Of a stretch of DNA of 64,000 bases, positions 13,001 to 24,635 are shown one piece after another (positions within the stretch are counted from its first letter, which is position 1; the number at the start of each line of letters is the position of its first letter). Made by a program: the position numbers and the translations under genes. This stretch comes from Owenia fusiformis (taxonomy: Eukaryota), in the NCBI GenBank assembly GCA_903813345.2, contig CAIIXF020000001.1, positions 36,642,001 through 36,706,000 on the forward strand. Direction: 5' to 3'. A model generated the notes under the pieces. The model did not search any database and was not told the origin of the DNA. It saw only the letters and a list, made by a program, of their open reading frames with translations.

Positions 13001-15690
13001 GTTTGTAGTATTGTATGAGCACATTTCAGTGTTTCAGTGTGCGGGTCATGTACAGACCATCAAAACGTGTCAAACAAGTTATCAAAGGGGAATGATCTTA
13101 AGAGAGTTGATTCGCATCATAAGAAGGGAGATTGGCATTATATGGAACCAGATTGGCATCATGTTGATACAAAGTAATGTGTTTGTAATATTGTATAAGC
13201 ACATTTCAGTGTTTCAGTGTGCGGGCCATGTACAGACCATCAAAACATGTTGAACAAGTTATCAAACGGGAATGATTCTTAGAGAGTTGATTCGCATTAT
13301 AAGAAGGCAGATTGGCATGATATGGAACCAGATTGGCATCATGTTGATACAAAGTAATGTGTTTGTAATATTGTATGAGCACATTTCAGTGTATCAGTGT
13401 GCGGGTCATGTACAGACCATCAAAACGTGTCAAACAAGTTATCAAAGGGGAATGATCTTAAGAGAGTTGATTGGCATCATAAGAAGGGAGATTGGCATTA
13501 TATGGAACCAGATTGGCATCATGTTGATACAAAGTAATGTGTTTGTAATATTGTATAAGCACATTTCAGTGTTTCAGTGTGCGGGCCATGTACAGACCAT
13601 CAAAACATGTTGAACAAGTTATCAAAGGGGAATGATCTTAAGAGAGTTGATTGGCATCATAAGAAGGGAGATTGGCATTATATGGAACCAGATTGGCATC
13701 ATGTTGATACAAAGTAATGTGTTTGTAATATTGTATAAGCACATTTCAGTGTTTCAGTGTGCGGGCCATGTACAGACCATCAAAACATGTTGAACAAGTT
13801 ATCAAAGGGGAATGATCTTAAGAGAGTTGATTGGCATCATAAGAAGGGAGATTGGCATTATATGGAACCAGATTGGCATCATGTTGATACAAAGTAATGT
13901 GTTTGTAATATTGTATGAGCACATTTCGGTGTTTCAGTGTGCGGGCCATGTACAGACCATCAAACCATCAATTGGCAAAAAAAAAGAATTAACACAGACA
14001 GGGTCTTCATAAAAAACTAATGTATTGATAATGACCTGTTAACAAAAAAGTGTCAAGTAATAAACTGGAAAAAAAACAAAAAACAAGTGAGGCAAAATTG
14101 CAAGCTTATGGATACTTATTTGTTTAGTACGTATAATGTATTTAGAAGATGTTTTAGTGGCATTTCATCACAATTGTTAGTTTCATATGGTAATCTGCCT
14201 CATCCTGTAGTCACATAATGTCCATCACCCATCATGATCTTTTAGTTACACAGCATCCTTTGTAATATCCTTTTTAATATAATATTACAATGTAGTTTGA
14301 TTTTGCTAATGTAAAAGATGCATTCAGTTTCTTTTTGTTTTTGGGGGGGGGAGGTTGAGAGAGGCACAAAGGATTAAATTTTTATGAAGAATGATCAAAT
14401 GTTGTTTAGCTAACCATACACATTCACATTACATATTTCTCTGCGCTTGTCAAGAAAATGAATATATATTGCAGATAGAGGAATAAGTACACAAAATAAA
14501 TAAATAAAAGTACATAAAACTCATCTCTGTTTTGCATGTATGTACATGTACGCATAGCATAAAGAAACATACTGTTGTCATGGCAGCATCTTACAACATA
14601 AACTTTGTTTTATACTTTCAGTGACTGGTATAATGAAATATACAAAAAAATTAATTATGTTGAAACTTAAAACATTTATATGCAATCACATTGAAAGATA
14701 TTTAATTACCCTGAATTCATTGTCTGTTATTGTCTGGTATACTACCATCCGAATAGGAGGTCAAAGCTCCACTTTTATGCTCACAAATAAAATGCAGAGC
14801 TATCATGACATGTTGGGTGATGGTAGGCTGTGATTGACTTGGTGTGAAAAGAATGATAACATAAAGAGTGAAATAACCATGTCTTCTTGCAAAGGATATG
14901 CCCCAATCAATGATTGTGATAATATTCAAGATAGTCAATTGTTTTGATTTCTCGATTGTTTTCTTTTAGGAGTTACTGGGATGGACCAGTATGTTTACAC
15001 AGTGGGGGGATATGATAGTAGTAACCAATTGAGTTCTGTAGAGAGATTCAATACAGAGACAAACCAATGGGAGACTGTGGCGCAGATGAACAGTCCACGT
15101 AGTGCACTTAGTATAGCAGTTCTCGCTGGCAGGTTATATGCACTGGGTACGTTTTTTATTCATATTATTCAATTATCCCCACCGAATGTAGTTCGTGAGG
15201 GATATAAAGAAGGTGTCTGTCAGTTTGTCCGTCCATTGTCAGTTCGTTCGTTCGTCTGTCGGGGCAATAACAATACTATTTGATGGATTTGGTTCAAATT
15301 TTATAGGCTTATGCCTTAAAGAAAGTAGGACCTCTGCTTGTGATGGAATTTTCAGTATGGTCACTTAATTTAAAATTCCCATCAATTTTAGTTCAAATTT
15401 TATAGATGGCCACTGAATTTCAAAATGGCCAACATTCTCTCTTTCCATCAAACATTAATTTGTAGGCATGCTAGATTTACCTTACTAGTTCCCTTGATCC
15501 CTTCCAAAAGTAGATCGCTGACAATATCAAGATATGATTAATATTTTCAGGTGGTTATGATGGCAATGACTTCCTTGCTTCTGTAGAGGCGTATGATCCT
15601 GAACGTAATGAGTGGAGGATCATAACCCAGATGAGCTGTGGTAGGAGTGGACATGGGGTAGCAGTGGGCATGGAGCCCTGTTTGAAGTAA
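4099..15690 (+). CDS. KEAP1: Kelch-like ECH-associated protein 1 (BTB-BACK-6xKelch CUL3 adaptor for Nrf2/CncC), ~592 aa; coding exons 4099-5354, 9075-9280, 14970-15146, 15551-15690
   Basis: BTB ([25 protein letters not shown]), BACK/IVR ([28 protein letters not shown]), Kelch repeats with KEAP1-specific [40 protein letters not shown] and C-terminal VGMEPC. All introns are GT-AG and phase-compatible; summed length 1779 nt. The acceptor of the ATG-containing exon is at ~3968; the first non-coding exon was not located. Confidence 0.97.
5847..6547. mobile_element. Fold-back MITE with ~250-bp inverted arms in KEAP1 intron
   Basis: gtaggttatcgcaaacaatttc / gaaattgtttgcgataacctac with continued degenerate complementarity inward (caccaaaaatgcaa / ttgcatttttggtg). 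Confidence 0.8.
10311..12241. mobile_element. Harbinger-type MITE (same family as 2970-3793) interrupted by a Helentron/DINE-like element
   Basis: Termini GGGAGCATGTTAAAAG / CTTTTGAAATGCTCCC; subterminal sequence matches the first copy. Confidence 0.78.
10580..12054 (+). mobile_element. Helentron-associated (HINE/DINE-1-like) non-autonomous element with ~600-bp internal duplication
   Basis: 5' TTTTTA, subterminal IR tatcgcactttgaa, GGCG-type microsatellite, duplicated core (~10740-11340 vs ~11341-11940), 3' ttcaaagtgcgata and CTTGTTT end. Confidence 0.7.
12760..13965. repeat. 180-bp tandem repeat, ~6-7 copies
   Basis: atgttgatacaaagtaatgt recurs at 12981, 13161, 13341, 13521, 13701, 13881. 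Confidence 0.95.
15171..15435 (+). mobile_element. Truncated HINE/DINE-like fragment
   Basis: 5' hairpin (tatccc..gggatata), GTCC/GTTC microsatellite, gcaataac..ttcaaattt and caaaatggc motifs like other copies. Confidence 0.5.
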
Positions 15691-15744
15691 ATGCACCTAT
15701 AGAATAGCAGGCATGACTTAACGATATTATGTGCACAGTGTACC

Positions 15745-16330
15745 TTGCATGGTGCAAGTCTAGTGAATACTTGCATGACTATTTAAGGGCTTTTATGTGC
15801 ACGGTGCATGTCTATGGAATACCTGCATAACTAGTTAAGGGCTTTTATTTGCATTGTGCATATCTATGGAATACCTGCATGACTAGTTAAGGGCTCTTAT
15901 TTGCATGGTGCAAGTCTATTGAATACTGGCGCAACTAGTTAAGGGCTCTTATTGGCATGGTGCAAGTCTATGGAATATCTGAATGACTAGTTAAGGGCTT
16001 TTATGTGCATGGTGCATATCTATGGAATACCTGCATGACTAGTTAAGGGCTCTTATTTGCATGGTGCAAGTCTATTGGATACTGGCGCAACTAGTTAAGG
16101 GCTCTTATTGGCATGGTGCAAGTCTATGGAATATCTGCATGACTAGTTAAGGGCTTTTATGTGCATGGTGCATGTCTATGGAATACCTGCATAACTAGTT
16201 AAGGGCTCTTATTTGCATGGTGCAAGTCTATGGAATATCTGCATGACTAGTTAAGGGCTTTTATGTGCATTGTGCATGTCTATGGAATACCTGCATGACT
16301 AGTTGAGGGCTTTTATGTGCATGTCTAGCG
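15745..16330 (+). repeat. 52-bp minisatellite, ~11 copies, in KEAP1 3'UTR
   Basis: Unit gcatggtgcaagtctatggaatacctgcatgactagttaagggcttttatgt starting ~55 nt after the stop codon. Confidence 0.95.
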
Positions 16331-17779
16331 ATGAGATATCAATGTATGTTAAGGGCTTTTCATGCATGATGCACACTTTCAGAATATCTGTATGGCCTGT
16401 AAAAAATATGTTGTGCACTACAAAATGTTCTAGTTAAGAGCCTTTATGGTTTTGGTATATATGCACATATGCATGAATTGCTAGTATATGTGCATGACTT
16501 AAAAGTTTTGTAAGCTTGTGAGGTGGATATATCACAACTGTTGTGCATGGTTCCTTACCTAATGTCATTAGAATGTACTAATATATACCTCACTTGAAAC
16601 TGAAGAATTTAGACTTACTAAGTAACATTGATTTAAATTTAAATTATGTAAGATGTTAAAAGAATTCTTAATTGCATTCATTTATTTCTTGTTCTTTGTG
16701 TTTATTTTCTGTTTATGTATCTCTTCACTTAACATATTTGTTTACTTATGTTTATGCATTTCTTTCTTTGTGCATTTATGTTTTCTTTTTCCCCTATTTT
16801 CTGTTTTCTTCTATTATTTGTTCATCTCTGTATAATTCTCTCTCTATTCTGTATTTCTTGTTATAGTATTCCTGAACATGCATTAAGAGGAGGTCAGGTC
16901 CATCGGCCAAAAAATCAAATAGATTTTCCTGAAAATTGTGTATATTCAACATAGCATTTCCTAAGCACTGGACTGTCGGACCATACCAACCAATTTTCAA
17001 ATTGGCTGGTAAACACTGAAAATGTCTGACAAGCATTTTTTACAAAAAGAAATAAAAGAAATATTCTGGTATTCAATAAGTTAGTGGAATACAATGTTGT
17101 AGAACTTGAAAATACTTGAGTCAATTTTAGCATAAAATGTACTGAAAATGAACCAGCAGTCTCCTCCTTGATGGCTGATGGACCAGGTCTTGTCCTCGTA
17201 GATATCAGCCTATAAATCCTGTGTAAGGTCAACTCTGTGTAACAAAGATATGTGTGTTAATCTTGCATATTATTCAATATATACTCTTGAAATGCAATAG
17301 AACACTCTAAATCTAGGGGTTGTCTGAAAAGTATAATATTTAATACTACATGTAATACAATTTTTAGCTACTACACTGACCATCATCTCTTTTAACAACT
17401 TTCTTATAAATGCAGATCTTTTAGAATACTCGAAAAATGATTTTCACACTTTAAGGCTATCAAAATCATTTTGATATTATTAACCATCCACATAATTGCA
17501 TTGATCATGTGTAGAATTTAGTGTAAAAATATGAGACAACCCCTTCTAGAGACGCTTACTGTTTATCTTACATGCACAATGTAAAGTCCATGTACATTAT
17601 CTTGTACTTCTTATTAATGGTTGTTCAGTGTAAATGGTTTTGAAATTCCTATGTTAATACTTTAATAGAGTACCACTTATAATATTTGCATCATTAATTA
17701 ATTTAAATTGTGTATAATACTGACTGTTCAGCTTGAGTACTGCTTTGTCCACTACCTACAACTTTATATTTACAAAATA

Positions 17780-18346
17780 CAGGGTGGTCAAAAAAAACGG
17801 AAACCCTGCATTTTCCTCATATCTTTGTCATTTTAAGAAAATACTCCCTGATATTTCACATGATTTTGTAAATCATTCAATTTCGTACCACCCTATTATA
17901 TTTCATAACCATCAGACTGATAGTCACAATTTTACAGCACTTTGAACAACATGCTTCAGGTTTGGCCATCATCGCGCTGGAGGCAAACCTGCTCAGCTGT
18001 CAATGATCCAAATGCATTCCTCAGCAGATGTGGCCTGAATGATACAGATGATCTCACTTTTGAGGTCTGCAATCGTCCTGGGGTCATTATTATACACTCT
18101 ATCTCTGCCATATCCCCATAGGTAGGGACATTTTGGACGACATGTGCAGGTTGGTCTTCAGCGCAAAAGTGGCCACTGGGAATGTTCCTTAAAGTGCTGT
18201 AACACGGTGACTATCAATCAGATGGTCATGAAATATGGTAGGCTGGAAGGAAATTGAGTGATGTACAAATGTGCAATTGTATTTCTTAAAATGATAAAGA
18301 TATAAGGAAAATGGTGAAAGGGTTTCCAGTTTTTTTGACCACCCTG
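17780..18346. mobile_element. Tc1/mariner-derived MITE
   Basis: TA-flanked TIR CAGGGTGGTCAAAAAAA..GGAAACCC / GGTTTCCAGTTTTTTTGACCACCCTG. Confidence 0.85.
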
Positions 18347-20201
18347 TATATTAATGCCTTCAACTATTTGGTGCATCTCAGCTTTGGAAAGGTTTGTCAA
18401 AGTACATGTATAGTTAAAACATAAAGACATTGATACCAAGTTCAAGTAATAAAATTTGTTTACAAAATCAAAAAAAATCTACCATTATAACTTTCAGGGC
18501 GCCTTGGTCAGGTGACCACTGTAATTAAGGCAGATGTGCCTCGTTGCTAAGGTATTGACCCTGTAGTTAAGGGCTGGTGTCCCTAACCCCTAAGAACATG
18601 AGTACAATATAGAGTGATACAGTAACATCCAATCTAAATGCCGTGATACAAATGAACCCCACCAGCTACCAGTGTATGAGTGAGAAAAAGAACCCAAAAA
18701 GAACAATAATATAGACTGTTTTAAGCTGATACACCATAAGACAATGCATCTCCAAAAATATTGACAGTTATTGGCTGGTACAGATGACATGAATTATGAG
18801 AATTATAGCTGTTACTAGGTGGTACCCTACATGGGATTTTACTTCTCTGAAAATATTGACTTTATACACTGTATTGGATTATAGGAATTTTGACAACTTT
18901 ACTCTTACACACCCATTGTAGGGGCTATGTATAAATGTACAGTGTCATGTATGTTTGTCAAAATGTTTATTGTAAAATAATGCATTTCGTAGAATCTGTA
19001 TGCAACACACACAACATAAGTATGTGTGAATGTGATGAATTATTTGAAGATATTTATGTAAAAATGTTAAAATGCATGGCACATGATGATGTCCAGTTCC
19101 AAAAGAAATTATGGATTTTGTAGAAATAGAACCAAAAGGATACTGAAGAACTCCTGTCATAAATGGGGACGCTCTCCCTGGATATCTTCTGGATATCATT
19201 TGTAATCTTGTTTCATCTTAAAGGACTTTAACTTGGATCCTTAAATACACCAAAATTAAAGAAGATTAAAGATAATTTGTACAATCTAAAGACTGATACA
19301 ATCCTTCTTCTCTCCTCTTTTTGGGGTATATGGGGTCAAAGTTAGAGACTGAGCTTTTGTAATTAGCTAGCAACATTTATGTTAATGGAAAGGTGTCATT
19401 ATGCCAGAGGGTATTACTTTTAATTTAAAGAATATGTATATGGAATATGTAAATAAAAGCAATATTTCATCAATCAAAAGATTGTAAATAGTAAGATTAT
19501 TATTGAGCCTTATAATGATACCGTAAGAATGATATGCAGTTACCTTGTTAACTATAGGAGTAATTATGCTCAAAGGCAATATAAGGTACATGTATTTGTA
19601 TTATATTGTAACCATTTTACTGCAACTTAACTTTATGCATTATGAGCCATATCTTGCATATACCATTGTTCTTTCTTTTTCCTGTCTGAAAGTTTCATTA
19701 TCTTATTGGTATTTTCTCCATAGCTCTTTAGTGGACTTTCTAGAATCTTGGGCAGGATCTCTAGATCAAATATCTAGACCCCATCCTCTATCTACTTTGC
19801 CTGAGGGTTTCAGAGGGGACCGCAAGGATTTGAAGCAAGACAATGAAAAATGGGCATTGTAGAATCCCTTTGCCTTTCAGAGCCTTTGTCAGGATTGGAT
19901 GGGGCACCTGTCTTGGCAGTAAACAAATCATATAAAGATTCATCAAAATTTGATAGAATACTCTTTATTTTTAAGACTTAATATTTAATGTGCTAAAATG
20001 CACTTCGTGAGTTTAATCAACATGCTTTCTATACAAAATATATGGTGATCAGTGGTAAAAACATTTGATTTGTCTTTCAAATGAGCAATGAATTGAATGA
20101 GCAATTATACTTGAAAGAAGGCATTGAACCATCTGGTGCATTTTACTGCATTATGTAATCCTGCCTATGTTCCTCTGTTTCTTCATTAGGTGCTGTTGGG
20201 G

Positions 20202-20435
20202 CAGGGGCATAGCCAGCTTTCAGTCTGGGGGGGTGCGATCGCCAAAAAAATTAGGTTTTCAGTCGGGGGGGGTGCGATTGTGGCATAAACAACCTAAAAA
20301 ATTAAGATTTATCTTGATACAAAATTGAAGCAACTCTTCAAAGATTCAAATAAAAAGCATTTTAAACCTCTTTTCTTCCTATATCTCATGGGTATATTTT
20401 TATGGGGGATGCGATCGCACCTGGCTACCCCTATG
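20202..20435. mobile_element. Small MITE-like element
   Basis: Termini caggggcatagccag / ctggctacccctatg with subterminal gggggtgcgatcgc repeats. Confidence 0.6.
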
Positions 20436-21751
20436 TGGTGTGTATATTGTCATTAGGTGCTGTTGGTGTTTATGTTGTTTTTATTTCTGCTTTTCAGGTC
20501 ATGCAGTGGAAATTATGAAGACATAGACTGTGACTAATGAGTCAGCAGATTTGCCCTATCTGCTACTAGTTCTAATCTTATATCGGGGACATTCTTTAGC
20601 TTCATGTCTTTGCTTAACATGCATTTTGAACATTGGCCAAACAAATAATGGCACCATACAAACAAAATCAGAAAATCAATGAATAAATCTTTTTGAACTT
20701 AGCTTTATTATAGAATAGAAGTACAAAAAAAGTAATTAAAAATCAACAGGAGTATGTGTATAAGGTATACACTGCATATAGTAAGTTTCACTACAACTTC
20801 ATATAATTCAAAATGGACTATTTCTCCTGTGGTTATCTCTTTGTATCAGTGTCTGTAAAAATGATGGATTGGTTATGAAGAATTAATATTCTATATACAC
20901 TCATGAGGTAGTGACATCTATAGTAATAATCTCATATAAAGTGTACTCATGACAAGGCAGATGAAATCATAGATATTGAGAATGGTAAAATTGCAAGCAA
21001 CAATTAAGATTTTCTAACCAATGTGACCTTTTTCTAACCAATGTGACCTTCACTAATCAAATTATAATATTTCAAAAAATATCAATGATATCTTGTCATA
21101 AAGTCTTTGAGGATTTTATACAGGTTTACTTAAAACCTGAATGTGTGATGAGAACATTTTGCATCAATTCTCAGTATAATACCAGTGAAGCCAAAGTATT
21201 AAATTTGCATATACATGTACATATTTATTACTTTGGAGCAAAAATGAAAAGCTATGAAGTTTTGAGATTTTTAGGAAAGAGGCATGACAAGGAATGATCC
21301 TGGACAAACAAAGATACTAAATCAATAAGTCTTTAGAATATTGCTCTTTGGATCTGTTTTACATTTTATAATCATCTAAACATGGGTTGCATATTCAAAA
21401 AGTTATATATAATTCGCTGGGCACATTTGCTTAATTTGTTTTTATTTTTGTTTGTTTTGATTAGTATTCATTAGTATTTTTCTGTTTTGTTTCCCCATCT
21501 TTCCATTAAATCACATTCAACACAAGAAAGAGTGAATCCAGAATCATGGTTGAACTTTCTTTTTTCAGAATGTCATTCTTCATATTCTTTAATTTTTTAA
21601 ATAAAAGTTTATTTGTTGACTTCTCTTTCCACCCTCATAAACAGTGGTTGCTCAGTGGTGACCTTGCATGTTTCATGTAGGCTATTCTACAATATCAAAC
21701 CTTCCTTTATAGGCCTATTTAAAAGGGGAATATATTAAGTTATAAATGGTA

Positions 21752-21954
21752 CAGGGTGACTCAAATAATCCCACCCACTAATTTAGGAATAACTTTCCTG
21801 ATTATGAAGGGATCTTAATTTCCAAGTTGTTGATGCTATGCAAGTAGCCAATCTTTAATCCACCGAACACTATCTTCAAATAAAAATCATGAAGATTCCT
21901 TCATTATTGATAGTTATTCTAAAATAAGTGTTTGGCATTTTTTGTGTCACCCTC
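21752..21954. mobile_element. Tc1/mariner-type MITE (degenerate)
   Basis: TA-CAGGGTGACTCAAA / TTTGTGTCACCCTC-TA. Confidence 0.7.
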
Positions 21955-24635
21955 TATATGTTATATGCTAAAGTATGATGTATTGTGATGTTGGTACTAC
22001 AATATAACAAAGATGTGTACCATTGGACATTAATATGTATGTTTATATTTTTGTATTTTGTGTCTACAGTAGTCTTGCATCAAGTCAAGTGGAACAGAAA
22101 GAAGGGGGTAATACTTGGGCTTTATACAAGACTATAGGAAGTGGTCTTTATCATCGCACCAGTCATCCTAATTATCACACAAAGAGTTTCCAGTTGTTCC
22201 GATCCGAGATATGCTTCATACATTTCACTCATCATGTGAATATTTTTCAGAACAATAATTGCTTTTATATTCAAAATGATTCTTTCCGAGAAAACCTGTA
22301 TATTTAAACCGTTTAGGATGATAGTTTGAGAAGTTGGACCATTTCTTCTATGTATGTTCAATGTTCATACATATATTTATGTATTCTATAAGATAAGGAA
22401 AAGCCAGGTGTTTAATGTGCAGTATGACATATTGTATTTGTCATTATTTTATTCTTTTAGTTTGTACATCTAGTTATTATTTATTTTCCGATGGTCTTCC
22501 AAGCAAGGTCACTTACACACAGTCATTGTGTATTAAATGTATTATAACTGATATGTGCATTTACATCATAGTATAATGTACACAAATTGTAATTGAATTG
22601 TAACATGATCATAATACAAATGTGTTTGTAATTTATTAAAATAAAAGTTATTGTATTATACTCAAAATGTATCATTTTCATGTGTTTTTTAAGTATTTTG
22701 GGTTAAACAGATTATAAGTTTGAAATTGAATTGTCTTTTTGGTGACCTACTGTAATGGGGATGGTATTGCACCAAACCTTTTACATGTTTTCACTTTGTT
22801 GTCCAAAAATTAGGTTATTCTGACCTTTATATTTCAAAATATAGGTCATTCTATTAACATGTATAAAATGACTTTTTGGAGGAAAAATCACTCTTCACAT
22901 CATTTCAACCAGCTTTCTTTATCAAAAAGCAATGCCCTTAAACTATTGATTGTTTTAATGCCACTATAAAATAGTAATGCATCAAATATATCCCATGTCT
23001 CTTTAGGGTGAATCCTGTCACAGGTTGAAATCCATTGTTCGGGAAGAAAACTATATTTGTATACAACCTTTTTAACAAATCAGAATGGTTCATCAATGTT
23101 CCTTGATCCATGAGAGGGTTTAGGTCTTTCATATTAGATCATGTATCTGTCATGTTGTATACATATTGTACGTTTAGTTACTAAAATAAGATAGCCAAAC
23201 AAAAACCTGGGGGATATGAAAATTCTCACGAAAGCTTTTCTTTCAAAATGTTGAACCGACTTAGAATAGTTTTGTGACCTCATGATACAGTTATGCACTT
23301 AAATTTTGAATAAAGTTTTGAATGGATGTCTATGTTCGTAAAGACACTAAGACAGATGGCCATAGACCTGGAAGTATGAATTGTCTTCAATATATTCAAT
23401 TACATTCTTTCATTCATATAGGAATTCTGCATTTTGTGAATTATTTACATCTCAGTGTGAGGAACTCAGGCACTCGGCTTATTTTACTTGCTCAATGTTT
23501 ATGTATTTTTATGTGAATTTGAATTCATCTTTTAACATAACATTAAGCATTTTATACATGGGCAATGTAAGGATAAATACATCATTATAATAATATCCGA
23601 TCATCAAGTACATAAAAAATCTGGGATGTTGTCATTAAAGATAATCAACAACATTTTAAGATAAATATGTTGTATTTCCTATCAACATAATACATACATG
23701 TAAATAAAAATAAGTTTTCATTTTCATATGTGTAAGATCAGGAAAAATTGAATTGTAATTTAAAAGTAGTTTAATCCACTGGTCTTATATTCTGATATTA
23801 ATTGCATTTATATCAGTTATATCCAATGTGCACTTTTACTTTGTTAGTCTTGTATTGTTTCAAGTCTCCCTTTGCCCTCTCAATTACTTCACCAGTGGAT
23901 GTGAGATATATTCACGTGGGAATTACAAGGGCTTGAAATAAGACAACCATATTCATATACAATTTTGACTTTATATACATGAGTTGTGTTTTAGCTATGT
24001 TTATCATACTGTAGTCAATTCTACTACTGCACTGTATTGACACACTGGCACTCTACAAATCATATTCTTGAGTCGTATCTTCCCCCTCATACCACCCCTG
24101 TCCTCTCATAAACATATAAGATGGGGGAGGGGCATTTAGGATCTGGTGGGACTTCTTATTGAAATCTACATGTATGTCTTTGTAATGTGCTTCACTTGTT
24201 TTTGTCCCATGGTTGTGGTAATGCATATCAGATGTTATCATTAGCCAAAATAAGCTGTTCAGATATGATTTTCATTGATTTGTGAATACTACCATCTTCC
24301 TTCACTCAGTTTTTGTGTGAACGCAGTGAAGACTGAGCGTTCGGAGGTGGAATATTACATGTGTCTGTTGATTCAGTCACTTGAGACAGGGGAAATTATT
24401 TTTAGATGGGAAAAGACATATCAATGAAAAATCTGAGGTTATCCTTAATAAAATACAGAAAAAATAGTGCTTGAGAAGTCTGCCCCAGAAAATAGTTGTG
24501 GGGTACAGTTTGTATATTCATTTCATGTTTGGTCATGGCAGTCGCAATCTCATTCATCATTTTCGAAGCCACTGTGAATTTCACAAGAAAAGTCTAAGTA
24601 GAAGCTGATATGTTTTTTGAGATTGCTAGTGCTTT

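Noticed and set aside
12981..14012. Repetitive ORFs (MLIQSNVFV...)
   Set aside because: By-products of a 180-bp tandem repeat, broken by stops, intronic.
16653..16954. Hydrophobic Phe/Cys-rich ORFs resembling membrane peptides
   Set aside because: Caused by T-rich low-complexity 3'UTR sequence.
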